Below, one piece after another: positions 20,417 through 28,941 of a DNA stretch of 43,235 nt (position 1 is the first letter of the stretch; each line of letters begins with the position of its first letter). The position numbers and the translations under genes were made by a program. The stretch spans positions 1-43,235 of the forward strand of contig JAGWKK010000002.1 of the NCBI GenBank assembly GCA_028865335.1, written 5' to 3'. The notes under the pieces were generated by a model that was given only the letters and a program-made list of their open reading frames with translations, ran no database searches and was not told the origin of the DNA. The stretch comes from Patescibacteria group bacterium (lineage in GTDB: Bacteria > Patescibacteriota > Minisyncoccia > UBA6257 > 02-FULL-45-10c).

Positions 20417-20989
20417 CTAAATGGTGAGTGAAGATGACGAGATCAACCGGATCAAGTTTCGCATTTCGGATTCCTCGATCATAGACGGCTTTGCCGGCAT
20501 CGAAAGGTCGGGGCGGATCGGATCGACATACGGCGGTGCGCCGAAGGTCTGGAAACCAAGTTCATCGCTCACTTTACCGCCGCAAAGCGTTTCAACGGTT
20601 ACGGATATCTTTCGCAGTACAGACGCCTCGTGTTTCTTTTCCTCGGCTATTTGGTATTCCTCCCGAACATTATTATGCTCAAAATTGATGAACGCTCTCT
20701 CATACATCATTCCAAAACCTCTTTCTATCGCCTCTTCCGGCGATTCGCAAGAATCAGAAGGAACAGTCTGAACGAGTGATCCGCCGATAGAGATGACCAC
20801 TCCCTCGGGAAACGTGCGCAATTTCAACGTGAAACCGCCATGTCGCGTCTTGGTTCCTGGCTTATTGTTCCAATCCGGTTCCCATTCTTGGAAATAACTG
20901 GCAAGCGATTTAGAAGCACTCCGCTTGCTTTTCCAGAATACTTGTTTCAGCTGATTGAGGAGTAGTTCTTCGAGCATCTTTCCTCCCAT
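20417..20989 (-). CDS. hypothetical protein
   Basis: Promoter TTGACA-17-TATTAT at 21039-21011; terminator downstream; alternative start at ATG 20977 after GGAGG. Confidence 0.7.
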   Translation of the reverse strand: MGGKMLEELLLNQLKQVFWKSKRSASKSLASYFQEWEPDWNNKPGTKTRHGGFTLKLRTFPEGVVISIGGSLVQTVPSDSCESPEEAIERGFGMMYERAFINFEHNNVREEYQIAEEKKHEASVLRKISVTVETLCGGKVSDELGFQTFGAPPYVDPIRPDLSMPAKPSMIEESEMRNLIRLISSSSLTI

Positions 20990-21054
20990 GTTATCAACGA
21001 AGCCGTTTCTATAATAGCGATAAATGGAATAATTGTCAAAGCCGTTCTGCAGTC

Positions 21055-21195
21055 ATTAGAAATTAGAAATTAGGAATTAAAACTCATGACGCATGACTCA
21101 TGACGCATGACTCGTGACTCTTGATTCATGACACTTGCCACCTGACACCTGAAACATGAAACCTTATGGACCTTATGGACCTTTGACTTTACAGA
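21055..21195 (-). repeat. composite array of 7/8-nt tandem repeats
   Basis: On the minus strand: AAGGTCCAT-type, then GTCATGA/GTGTCAG-type, then TTYCTAA-type units; inverted copy at 26724-26843. Confidence 0.85.
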
Positions 21196-21966
21196 CTACC
21201 CCAAGTATCCCACCTGTTTCAGCCATTTCTCATTTTCCCATTCCCAGAGTCTCTTCGCGCCGAGGAAGGCCTGGAAGTCGTGCTTCCAGTCGGGGAATTC
21301 CTGCAGTTCAGTGACGCCGGTGAGTTCGGACCATTCGTGCTGATCCTGCGGACACATCGTCTTTTTCCCGCGGCGGATTTTGTTGCGGCCGCCTTTCGGG
21401 CGCATCGTCGCGCCACACTTGAGACAAGTGCGGACCTGATCGATCCGGAGAATCCAGCGGGTCTGCAGCTTGGGCAATTCGTCCAACAGAGCTTCTATAT
21501 ATGCGGCAGTCTGGAGGTTGTAGTCGCGATAGATCGCCTGAGAGGTCTTGATATCCAGGACGCCGAACTTGCCGTCCACCAGCGCCAGCGTATCGATCGT
21601 GCCCGCATACCGGTGTTCCGGATGGAAGATGCGCTTTTCCACGAACTTCGGGTCCACGCGGATTTCGCGGGTCTTCACGAAATCAAGAAATCCCTGCACG
21701 GCCGGTGCGATGGAAGCGGGGATATGCGGATGCTCGCCGACCATCAGTTTTTCCACGGTTTCGTGGATCAGCGTCCCTTCCCGCGCGGAATTTTCGGTGA
21801 TCGCTTTTGCGGCATTGTAACTCGCGGCCTCGCCATAGAACCGGTAGAGCGCCGGTTTGGATTTTATCTCGACTATTTTCGTGACGCGCGGATACCACTT
21901 GCCGTCGATGGCATATCCGGCCTGATCCTTGAATTCCTCGACATTGGAATAATCGAAAAGCGACAT
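21196..21966 (-). CDS. PD-(D/E)XK exonuclease (phage/MGME1-like)
   Basis: YPRVT, GTLIHE, VEK..YAGTID, LDIKTS, QTAAY; CxxC...C..H insertion. Confidence 0.85.
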   Translation of the reverse strand: MSLFDYSNVEEFKDQAGYAIDGKWYPRVTKIVEIKSKPALYRFYGEAASYNAAKAITENSAREGTLIHETVEKLMVGEHPHIPASIAPAVQGFLDFVKTREIRVDPKFVEKRIFHPEHRYAGTIDTLALVDGKFGVLDIKTSQAIYRDYNLQTAAYIEALLDELPKLQTRWILRIDQVRTCLKCGATMRPKGGRNKIRRGKKTMCPQDQHEWSELTGVTELQEFPDWKHDFQAFLGAKRLWEWENEKWLKQVGYLG

Positions 21967-22029
21967 AGATGGATATATTCTTGCATGGTATCGGTTTTTT
22001 GGATAGAGTGAAGAGCGGATAGTGCGAGC

Positions 22030-22407
22030 GTGGAGAATACCGTGCTGACGAAACCCGAGAAGTCCTTCGTCCGGCTGCTCCGGGATGGAACGGCCCGGCA
22101 ATATCTGCGGTGGCAGAGGATCTCGCCGACGCATATCCAGGTGCACATTGACGACGTATCGGTTTCGATGGATCGTGTCGGTGAGATGCCGACGCTTTCG
22201 GTGGGATTGGAAAATACCGCACGCCACGATGTCAGGGATATGAGCCTCCAGAAAGCGCTGTTCTGGATCCACTTCTGGTCTACGGTCGATTCCACGAGCG
22301 CCTTCTGGTATCCGGATGCCTTTCCTCTCCAAAAACCGCGGCGATGGCAGCGTGCGCGCGGACGATTTCTCGCGCGGCTCACCTCGGCCGCACAACGACT
22401 CTTCTGA
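22030..22407 (+). CDS. hypothetical protein (125 aa)
   Basis: GTG-start ORF ending inside hairpin AACGACTC-TTCT-GAGTCGTT followed by T tract. Confidence 0.5.
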   Translation: MENTVLTKPEKSFVRLLRDGTARQYLRWQRISPTHIQVHIDDVSVSMDRVGEMPTLSVGLENTARHDVRDMSLQKALFWIHFWSTVDSTSAFWYPDAFPLQKPRRWQRARGRFLARLTSAAQRLF

Positions 22408-22492
22408 GTCGTTTTTTCATGCACGTTTGCTTGACGGGAGGACTGTCTTTGCGTAGGGTGGAGAGGACTCGTGAATCCTTGAAAGGTGAAAA

Positions 22493-22966
22493 ATGAAGAA
22501 GATCGCACTCGGCGTGCTCGTACTCGGCCTTGCGGGATGCATGGCGGACGTCCGTCAGGACGCGCATACCTACATCCTCAAGGAAGTTCCGGTGGTGATG
22601 ACCGGCGCGATGGACGGAAATTCATCGGCCTCGGGAAATCAGCTTGGACCGACTGTCGAGATGGCTCTGCTGGACCAAAGCCGGCCCGGGACGAAGCAGC
22701 TGACCGATCCGGAGGAGGACGTCTCGCTGCTCGCCTGCGCTTCGACGGTGCGCATCGAGATCGACCCCGCGCTCAGCGAATGGTTCAGCAACTACCAGTA
22801 TTCCGAACTGTTCAGTGCCGAGCGGGTGACGACCGACGCCACCTGGCCCCGCCGCTATTTCGCATCGGGAGCCGTGGTCATCAAAGTGGATGACACTCCC
22901 CGTAAACGCGAGATCGAGGATGCGCTCCGCATTCTGCGCAACCACTCGTGTCCCGGAAAGAACTGA
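22493..22966 (+). CDS. putative lipoprotein
   Basis: MKK, hydrophobic stretch, LAGC lipobox; promoter TTGACG-17-TAGGGT; terminator after stop. Confidence 0.7.
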   Translation: MKKIALGVLVLGLAGCMADVRQDAHTYILKEVPVVMTGAMDGNSSASGNQLGPTVEMALLDQSRPGTKQLTDPEEDVSLLACASTVRIEIDPALSEWFSNYQYSELFSAERVTTDATWPRRYFASGAVVIKVDDTPRKREIEDALRILRNHSCPGKN

Positions 22967-23024
22967 GCTGCAGCAATGCAGCTTTTTTATTTGGCTCAAC
23001 CACTGCGCCCGTATTTTATAGGTA

Positions 23025-23054
23025 TTGACAAATAAGCACTCGATATGCTAGATT
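23025..23054 (+). promoter_or_regulatory. sigma70-type promoter
   Basis: TTGACA (23025-23030), 18 nt, TAGATT with extended -10 TG. Confidence 0.65.
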
Positions 23055-23060
23055 ATATTT

Positions 23061-23334
23061 AATCCACAGGCGCAGTAGTCCTTCTCGCAACGGTCTCGAG
23101 GCCGTTGGACCCCGAGAAGAGCGCGCTCGTAATACGTGGAGCGAACGGATCCCGTGGGTCCGTGGCCCTGCGACCATGCTCTAGCGGAGGGTCTCTGCTA
23201 AAGCTAAGGACAAAGGGCTCCTTTTACTCGGCTTAGGCAACCGGGTCGACTCTTCGGAGTCGTGATCGGCTTTGGAACTCAATCCTCAGCTGTCAGCGCC
23301 TTCCCCCAAAGCTTCGGCTGCGGGGGATTTTTTT
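23061..23334 (+). ncRNA. putative large structured RNA (about 270 nt) including its terminator
   Basis: ORF-free; ends pair (AGGCGC 23068-23073 / GCGCCT 23296-23301); several hairpins; terminator 23302-23334. Confidence 0.7.
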
Positions 23335-23411
23335 ATATCAGTTTTAGCTCTGGATTTCTCTCAATAAATACCGTACAGTGAAAATATCCTTGAAAATCCG
23401 AAAGAGGACGA

Positions 23412-24011
23412 ATGCACGTAATCGTCGTCGTTGGGAAACCGAGTAACGAAGATTCACGCAAGGATCGGTTTGAAATCGCTGCGACCAATACGATCCTTAA
23501 CCTCCGTATAGATTTCGATATGGCTCGGAAAGACGATCTTTCTTACGTCTGGGGACCTGCTTCGCGGGTACAGAAGCGCCTTGAAGCTATCTTCCTGGAG
23601 AAGCGCGACGAAGACATCTGCCTTTTCTATTTCGGCCATGGGGCTGAGTACGGATGGGCGATGCTAGGCGATCGACGCCCCGGCTCCGTCCTCGCGTACG
23701 AAGACCTCCGGCTGACGCTTGCGCAGCATTCCGGAAATCTTCTCTTTATCAACGCTCCGTGCTACGCCGGCGCCGCATCCGATGCGCTGGAGGGACATGG
23801 CGGAGCGCATTGTCTGATCGCTCTGGTCCCTCGCGATAAATGCGGCTATCCCGAAAACTTCATCCATTCCATATTCGGATCTTGGCGCGCTCGCCGCTTT
23901 TTCAATCCGCGAGATCCCTGTTTTGGGAATGTAGAAGACAATGCCCCTGTCGTCGAAGGCGATATCGAGTTGCAGCAGCTGATGTTCCCGAAAAAGGAGG
24001 CATTCGTATGA
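23412..24011 (+). CDS. caspase-like (clan CD) peptidase homolog
   Basis: ICLFYFGHG and LLFINAPCYAG give a His-Gly ... Cys dyad after hydrophobic strands. Confidence 0.65.
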   Translation: MHVIVVVGKPSNEDSRKDRFEIAATNTILNLRIDFDMARKDDLSYVWGPASRVQKRLEAIFLEKRDEDICLFYFGHGAEYGWAMLGDRRPGSVLAYEDLRLTLAQHSGNLLFINAPCYAGAASDALEGHGGAHCLIALVPRDKCGYPENFIHSIFGSWRARRFFNPRDPCFGNVEDNAPVVEGDIELQQLMFPKKEAFV

Positions 24012-24232
24012 ACCGGAAAGAGCGCAAGAGCTACGTCGAGCTGACGCGATACCTGATTCTCATTGCTGCGACGGTCGCGTTCGCCGTAGCGACTTATCCG
24101 CTGCTCTATTATTCCGGTGCGCTGAAATTGATGAATGACATTTCAGTGGCGTTGACGATTTCGCTGCGCAACCTGATTGAACACCAGAATCCTACGATCA
24201 CCGTCCCGTATCCGAAGCAGCCGCGCCGGTAG
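24008..24232 (+). CDS. small membrane protein (74 aa)
   Basis: AAGGAGG SD; ATGA overlap with upstream stop; one TM helix. Confidence 0.65.
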   Translation: MNRKERKSYVELTRYLILIAATVAFAVATYPLLYYSGALKLMNDISVALTISLRNLIEHQNPTITVPYPKQPRR

Positions 24233-24335
24233 AGTATCATCCCCCCGCCATTCCAGGTGGCGGGGACCCGCCCTCGCACCTTTGATAAGGTAGTGAGGGT
24301 TTTTTAATTTCCCCGCCACTGGTACAATAAGAGAC

Positions 24336-25385
24336 ATGGACCTGACCACGATCGCCATTTTCATACTGATCCTTATCGGCTTCGCCGTACTGTACGCCGC
24401 GATCAAGAATCAACCGCAGCCGGAGACAAAAAAAGATGAACAGTCGCTTCTGATGCTCCAACAACAGCTGCAGGATCTGCGCCGTACCTTGGATACGCAG
24501 CTCGGCGCCTCCACGCGCTCCATGCAGTCGCAGTTCAGCGAGAGCGCGAAAATCATCCGCGATGTCACCGAACGCCTCACGAAACTGGATGAGACCAACC
24601 GCCAGGTGGTCAGCTTCGCCGACCAGCTTCAGAATCTGCAGGACATCCTGAAGAATCCGAAACAGCGCGGCATCCTCGGCGAATATTATCTGGAGGAGAT
24701 CCTGAAGAACGTCCTGCCGCCGGGCCGCTATCAGATGCAATATCCGTTCAAGAACGGCGACATCGTAGATGCGGTCATTTTCGTGCAGGACAAAGTGATT
24801 CCGATCGATTCCAAGTTCAGCCTGGAAAATTACAACCGCCTTCTGGAAGCGCACGAAGAATCCGAACAGGCCGATCTGGAAAAAGCATTCAAGCAGGATC
24901 TCAAAAACCGCATCGATGAGACGGCGAAATATGTGAAGCCGGAAGAGGGGACGATGGACTTCGCGTTCATGTTCATCCCGGCGGAAGCGATTTACTACGA
25001 TCTGCTCGTCAACAAGATTGGCGCGGCGAAAACGAACACGCGCGACCTGATCCAGTACGCATTCAAGGACAAACATGTCATCATTGTTTCGCCGACGTCG
25101 TTCCTGGCGTATCTGCAGACCGTTCTCCAGGGATTGAAGGCGTTGCAGATTGAAGAATCCGCAAAGGAGATCCGTAAGCGGGTGGAGATGCTCGGCAAAC
25201 ACCTCGGCAGTTACGAGGATTACATGAAAAAGCTCGGCACCCACCTCGGCACTTCCATCAATATGTACAACAGCGCCTATAAGGAGCTCGGGAAGATCGA
25301 CAAGGACGTTCTGAAGATCACCGACTCGGCCATCGGCATCGAACCGGAATTGCTGGAACGACCTGAACTGACGGAAGTGGAATAG
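24336..25385 (+). CDS. rmuC: DNA recombination protein RmuC
   Basis: N-terminal TM, coiled coil, RGILGE, IDSKFS, DFAFMFIPAEAIY. Confidence 0.93.
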   Translation: MDLTTIAIFILILIGFAVLYAAIKNQPQPETKKDEQSLLMLQQQLQDLRRTLDTQLGASTRSMQSQFSESAKIIRDVTERLTKLDETNRQVVSFADQLQNLQDILKNPKQRGILGEYYLEEILKNVLPPGRYQMQYPFKNGDIVDAVIFVQDKVIPIDSKFSLENYNRLLEAHEESEQADLEKAFKQDLKNRIDETAKYVKPEEGTMDFAFMFIPAEAIYYDLLVNKIGAAKTNTRDLIQYAFKDKHVIIVSPTSFLAYLQTVLQGLKALQIEESAKEIRKRVEMLGKHLGSYEDYMKKLGTHLGTSINMYNSAYKELGKIDKDVLKITDSAIGIEPELLERPELTEVE

Positions 25386-25469
25386 AAAAGAGCGCGTAGC
25401 TCTTTTTTATTTGACCGGCGCCTTATTTTTATTTACAGTAGTATCAGTTCTCAAAAATGCGAGGTGATG

Positions 25470-26039
25470 ATGAGCGAGCTTGAAAAGCAATCCGGACCTC
25501 TGATGAGCAGTGAGATATACGGAATTCTCGAAGTCATCGGCAAGAAAATACAAGCGGGTGAATTCGACGGCCAACTCGGCGGAGGATCGCCCCACGACTG
25601 GCAGATCCGTATAAGCGGCACCAAGAAGATAAAGTTCTCTTTCTTCTCGTACGACCGGTCGAACAGCGCCCTCGTCTTTCCGGTGCTCATATGCGGGCCT
25701 CTGGTCCCGATGATCGGGATGCTGACCTATAGCATAGCGCTTTCCTTTCTCGCATTTGTTGTCGGCATGGCGATGATATGGCTCGTTATACACTGGCTGG
25801 GAAACATATTCGGGAAAGACAAGCGCTATATGACCGGACGACTCACTGTCGCCAATGAATCATTGGTGATGGAATCCCGGTGCGCCGTAGGGTCTGACGG
25901 GAGGGTTTGGACCGAAAGCGGATATGCCGATCTCGCGCAACTGCAGCAGATGGTGATCGAGCGGATCAAGATGATCCATTCCGGCAGAGGCAATCTGCCG
26001 AAGATGAAAAAGTACCTCAACGATTCAGAAGGAGCGTAA
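25470..26039 (+). CDS. hypothetical membrane protein
   Basis: Promoter TTGACC-17-TACAGT (25411-25439); GAGGTG SD; two TM helices; start 25464, 25467 or 25470. Confidence 0.7.
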   Translation: MSELEKQSGPLMSSEIYGILEVIGKKIQAGEFDGQLGGGSPHDWQIRISGTKKIKFSFFSYDRSNSALVFPVLICGPLVPMIGMLTYSIALSFLAFVVGMAMIWLVIHWLGNIFGKDKRYMTGRLTVANESLVMESRCAVGSDGRVWTESGYADLAQLQQMVIERIKMIHSGRGNLPKMKKYLNDSEGA

Positions 26040-26066
26040 GCTCCTTTTTTGTTTTATACTGACCGT

Positions 26067-26726
26067 ATGGAAAAACATGACGAGCTTTACCGGAAAAAAT
26101 GGCGGAAATTCCAGCAGCGGGCGTGGCTGTTCCGGTTCATTCCGTTCGTGGATTTCGTATTCGCCGCGGGATCGCTCGCGACCGGTAACGTTCATGAAGC
26201 GTCCGACTTCGATGTGATTGTCGGCGCACGACAGGGGAGAATTTTCACTGTCCGCTTTTTCTGCTTTCTTGTTTTCAAGCCGCTTGGCCTCTGGGCGCGC
26301 CATCCCGATCACTCAAAAGATCGCATCTGCTTCAATCATTTCGTGACTCCGTACGGCTACCGCCTCCGTCCGCCGCATAACGCCTATTGGCAGAACTTGT
26401 ATGCGTCTTTGATTCCGGTCTACGGCAATCCGCGGATCATGCAGCGGTTCTGGCGCGCGAACCGGGGATGGATGAAGGGACCGAAACTCTATGAACCGAT
26501 GTCGGACAAACCGCTCGGCCGGAAATCATGGATTGCGAAACTGGGCGAGGCGATGCTTGCCGGCAGGTTTGGTACCTGGGTTGAGCTCAAGCTGAAAAAT
26601 CTGCAGTTGGAAACCATCGCTTCCGATCGGAATCATCAGGAAGAATACAAACCGCGGATCATCATCAGCGATGACGAATTGGAGTTCCATCCGCATACGA
26701 AACGAATTGAGGAATACAGCGCGTAG
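26067..26726 (+). CDS. nucleotidyltransferase-fold protein
   Basis: GSLATG...SDFDV (GS..DxD) motif. Confidence 0.7.
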   Translation: MEKHDELYRKKWRKFQQRAWLFRFIPFVDFVFAAGSLATGNVHEASDFDVIVGARQGRIFTVRFFCFLVFKPLGLWARHPDHSKDRICFNHFVTPYGYRLRPPHNAYWQNLYASLIPVYGNPRIMQRFWRANRGWMKGPKLYEPMSDKPLGRKSWIAKLGEAMLAGRFGTWVELKLKNLQLETIASDRNHQEEYKPRIIISDDELEFHPHTKRIEEYSA

Positions 26727-26968
26727 TCCAAAGTCCATAAGGTCGAAGGTCCATAAGGTCCGTCAGATTTCATGTTTCAGGTGTCAGGTGGCAAGTGTCA
26801 TGAGTTTTAATTCCTAATTCCTAATTCCTAATTCCTAATTCCTGCATTTATTCGTGGTGTTCGTATAACCCATGCATTCTGTTCGTATTAGACTGTTCGT
26901 AGTGTTCGTGTGGCCATTCTTATTCGCATTAAACCCAATTACTAATGACCAATGCCTGATGACTGATT
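26724..26968 (+). repeat. stack of several different short tandem-repeat arrays
   Basis: AAGGTCCAT-type, GTGTCAG-type, TTCCTAA repeats, TTCGT-containing units and ACYAATG-type units in series. Confidence 0.85.
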
Positions 26969-27064
26969 GCGTAATCTTTCCTTGACTAATTCTACTTATT
27001 GCAGTAAGATATCATCGACACACCAAAAGGCGTTTCGCGGAAAATCCACGAGGAGGATGGTTGT

Positions 27065-27415
27065 ATGTGGAGCGCAATACTCGCTCTTCTGACTACGGTC
27101 GCGATCACGATGCTTGCAACTCTTTATATCAATGAAGGCGAGGTCTTTCTCGGAGTTCTGTACGCCGCTTTCGCCGTCACCGTTGGATGCAGTGCGCTTA
27201 CCATAGCGCGACGCGCAGGAGCCGGCCATCCCGACACCGACTTGCTGCCTCCGGGCATCTACTCCGTCCTCTCGTCGGTGAAAACAAAAAACGGGTACGC
27301 CGTTGTCACCCGCATGGATTCCGGCAACGGAAGCGTGCACATGTACCTGCTCAAGACGGATCCACCGAAGCACCTCAAGTCCACCGAGTACGGATTGATC
27401 CGGCCGTATCCGTGA
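27065..27415 (+). CDS. hypothetical membrane protein (116 aa)
   Basis: Promoter TTGACT-17-TAAGAT; GAGGAGG SD; two TM helices; terminator 27427-27461. Confidence 0.72.
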   Translation: MWSAILALLTTVAITMLATLYINEGEVFLGVLYAAFAVTVGCSALTIARRAGAGHPDTDLLPPGIYSVLSSVKTKNGYAVVTRMDSGNGSVHMYLLKTDPPKHLKSTEYGLIRPYP

Positions 27416-27538
27416 AGCGGCACACGTCCCCCGACAGATCGTATCGTCGGGGGATTTTTTTATTGAATCAACTTCTGTCGCCTTGTGATAAATACCGACC
27501 TTCTCTATACTGAAGACAGATCCGTGAAATGAGGTTCC

Positions 27539-27889
27539 GTGGCGAAACAGGCGAACCCGTGGGAAGATCTCGCGGAAGAGGCACTGGTGGAGCTCGTTGC
27601 CGAGGGTGCACTCAAGGGATTTCTGCGCAACAGGCAGAGCGACTGGCTCGACTGCGAAGGAATCGATTTTCTCCTTTTTCTGAACAACGGGTCCTCGCTC
27701 ACCATCCAGGTGAAAAGCGCGCACGGCAATCTGAAACACAAGATAAAGGAACACCTCCGCAAGCATCCGTTTGTCAGATCGATCCTGTTCGTCCTCCTTC
27801 CGGAACAACCTGAAAACTCAGTCGAGCGGCAGAAGGCCATCGCACTGGTCAAGAAAGACATTTCGCGCCTCATCGCTCCTTACCGCTAA
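27539..27889 (+). CDS. small restriction-endonuclease-like PD-(D/E)XK protein
   Basis: AEE helix, GIDFLL, IQVKS. Confidence 0.6.
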   Translation: MAKQANPWEDLAEEALVELVAEGALKGFLRNRQSDWLDCEGIDFLLFLNNGSSLTIQVKSAHGNLKHKIKEHLRKHPFVRSILFVLLPEQPENSVERQKAIALVKKDISRLIAPYR

Positions 27890-27973
27890 GGAGCTTTTTT
27901 ATTTGCTTTTATCTTTGACTGAGAAGGCGCTGCTGGTGTAGGCTCAGAACAGATCACCGACAAGAGGAAACCG

Positions 27974-28753
27974 ATGAAAGCGATCCTGCTGCTATACGAC
28001 GAGGCCGAATCCCGCATCGCCGTTGAGGCAGTGCGCGGACAGAAGGAAAAGCAGAAAGTCGATTACCGATGCACCTGCGTCCGCAATGCCACGCTGGAAA
28101 AAGCGCGGCGGTTGCTTCGCTACCTCCGTGTGCCGTGTCGGATGAAACCGGACGAGACCGCCATTCTGACCTCCACGCATTTCGTCGCGGGCTCGGACAT
28201 CCAGCGGGCGATTCACGACGCGATCAGGCGTTTCGCCGATGACGACATTCTTCTGTTCTACTCAGGCCACGGCGGAGAACAAAGTTGGGATCTGGGTGAA
28301 CGGATGAACACTCGGAAATTCGTGCTCTTCAAGGAGCTCGCAGGCATGATCGCGATGAGTGCCCGGAAGCATGTCGGAATCATCGCCGATTGCTGTCACA
28401 CACTTGCCCTTGACCGCTATCTTGCCGATCTGAGAAAACTGGACGGCCGGTATCTCCTGATCGGATCAAGCCAGGCGGATCGTGTCGGCAGCGAGAACGT
28501 CTCCCTGGCCCATCCGATATGCGACGCGTGGGAGTTCCGGCAGATGGCGGATATCCGCGTCGGGAAGATCGAGAAACTCCAACACGGAACCGTCATGGAC
28601 ATTCCGTTCAATGCTCCGTACATATCCGGCGGAAATCCCGACTGCAAATGCGGAGAGGAGATCGTCGGCGGACTGACGTATCTTCCGTATGAACGCCCTC
28701 CGCTCCGCCGCGGAAGCAACCTCGATCATCTGTTCTTTCCTCCCGAGCCCTAA
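27974..28753 (+). CDS. caspase/metacaspase-like (clan CD) peptidase
   Basis: ILLFYSGHG and IIADCCH motifs; promoter TTGACT-18-TAGGCT; GAGGA SD. Confidence 0.75.
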   Translation: MKAILLLYDEAESRIAVEAVRGQKEKQKVDYRCTCVRNATLEKARRLLRYLRVPCRMKPDETAILTSTHFVAGSDIQRAIHDAIRRFADDDILLFYSGHGGEQSWDLGERMNTRKFVLFKELAGMIAMSARKHVGIIADCCHTLALDRYLADLRKLDGRYLLIGSSQADRVGSENVSLAHPICDAWEFRQMADIRVGKIEKLQHGTVMDIPFNAPYISGGNPDCKCGEEIVGGLTYLPYERPPLRRGSNLDHLFFPPEP

Positions 28754-28881
28754 GGGGCTCTTTTTGTTTTCTTCCCGGCGCCGGTAGGCAGAGCTATGGA
28801 GAATATTATCGAAGTCCGACTTCACTATTCAGGTGCTATTCCATGGGATAGCACATAATCGATCATAAAAAACGTACGGCA

Positions 28882-28910
28882 TTGACGGCGTCGGACTCGT
28901 GACTTAAAAT
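28882..28910 (+). promoter_or_regulatory. groESL promoter
   Basis: TTGACG, 17 nt, TAAAAT. Confidence 0.6.
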
Positions 28911-28941
28911 AACAAGGAATAAGTTACACTTAAAAAGTCAT

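Noticed and set aside
21055..21195. Possible CRISPR array (also 26724-26968 and 37258-37325)
   Set aside because: Units are 7-9 nt with no unique spacers and there are no cas genes.
21967..22395. 143-aa N-terminal extension of the exonuclease ORF
   Set aside because: Overlaps a plausible + strand gene; the nuclease-like sequence begins at ATG 21966.
23061..23334. tmRNA, SRP RNA or 6S RNA
   Set aside because: No tRNA-like ends or tag frame, no SRP helix-8 motif, and the fold is multibranched rather than rod-like.
22030..28753. Classical integron cassette array
   Set aside because: No intI and no attC (RYYYAAC...GTTRRRY) pattern recognised; cassettes carry their own promoters and alternate with core genes.
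28833..28854. CIRCE element upstream of groES
   Set aside because: GTGCTATTCCATGGGATAGCAC has arms in the opposite order and different spacing from TTAGCACTC-N9-GAGTGCTAA. It may still be some other operator.
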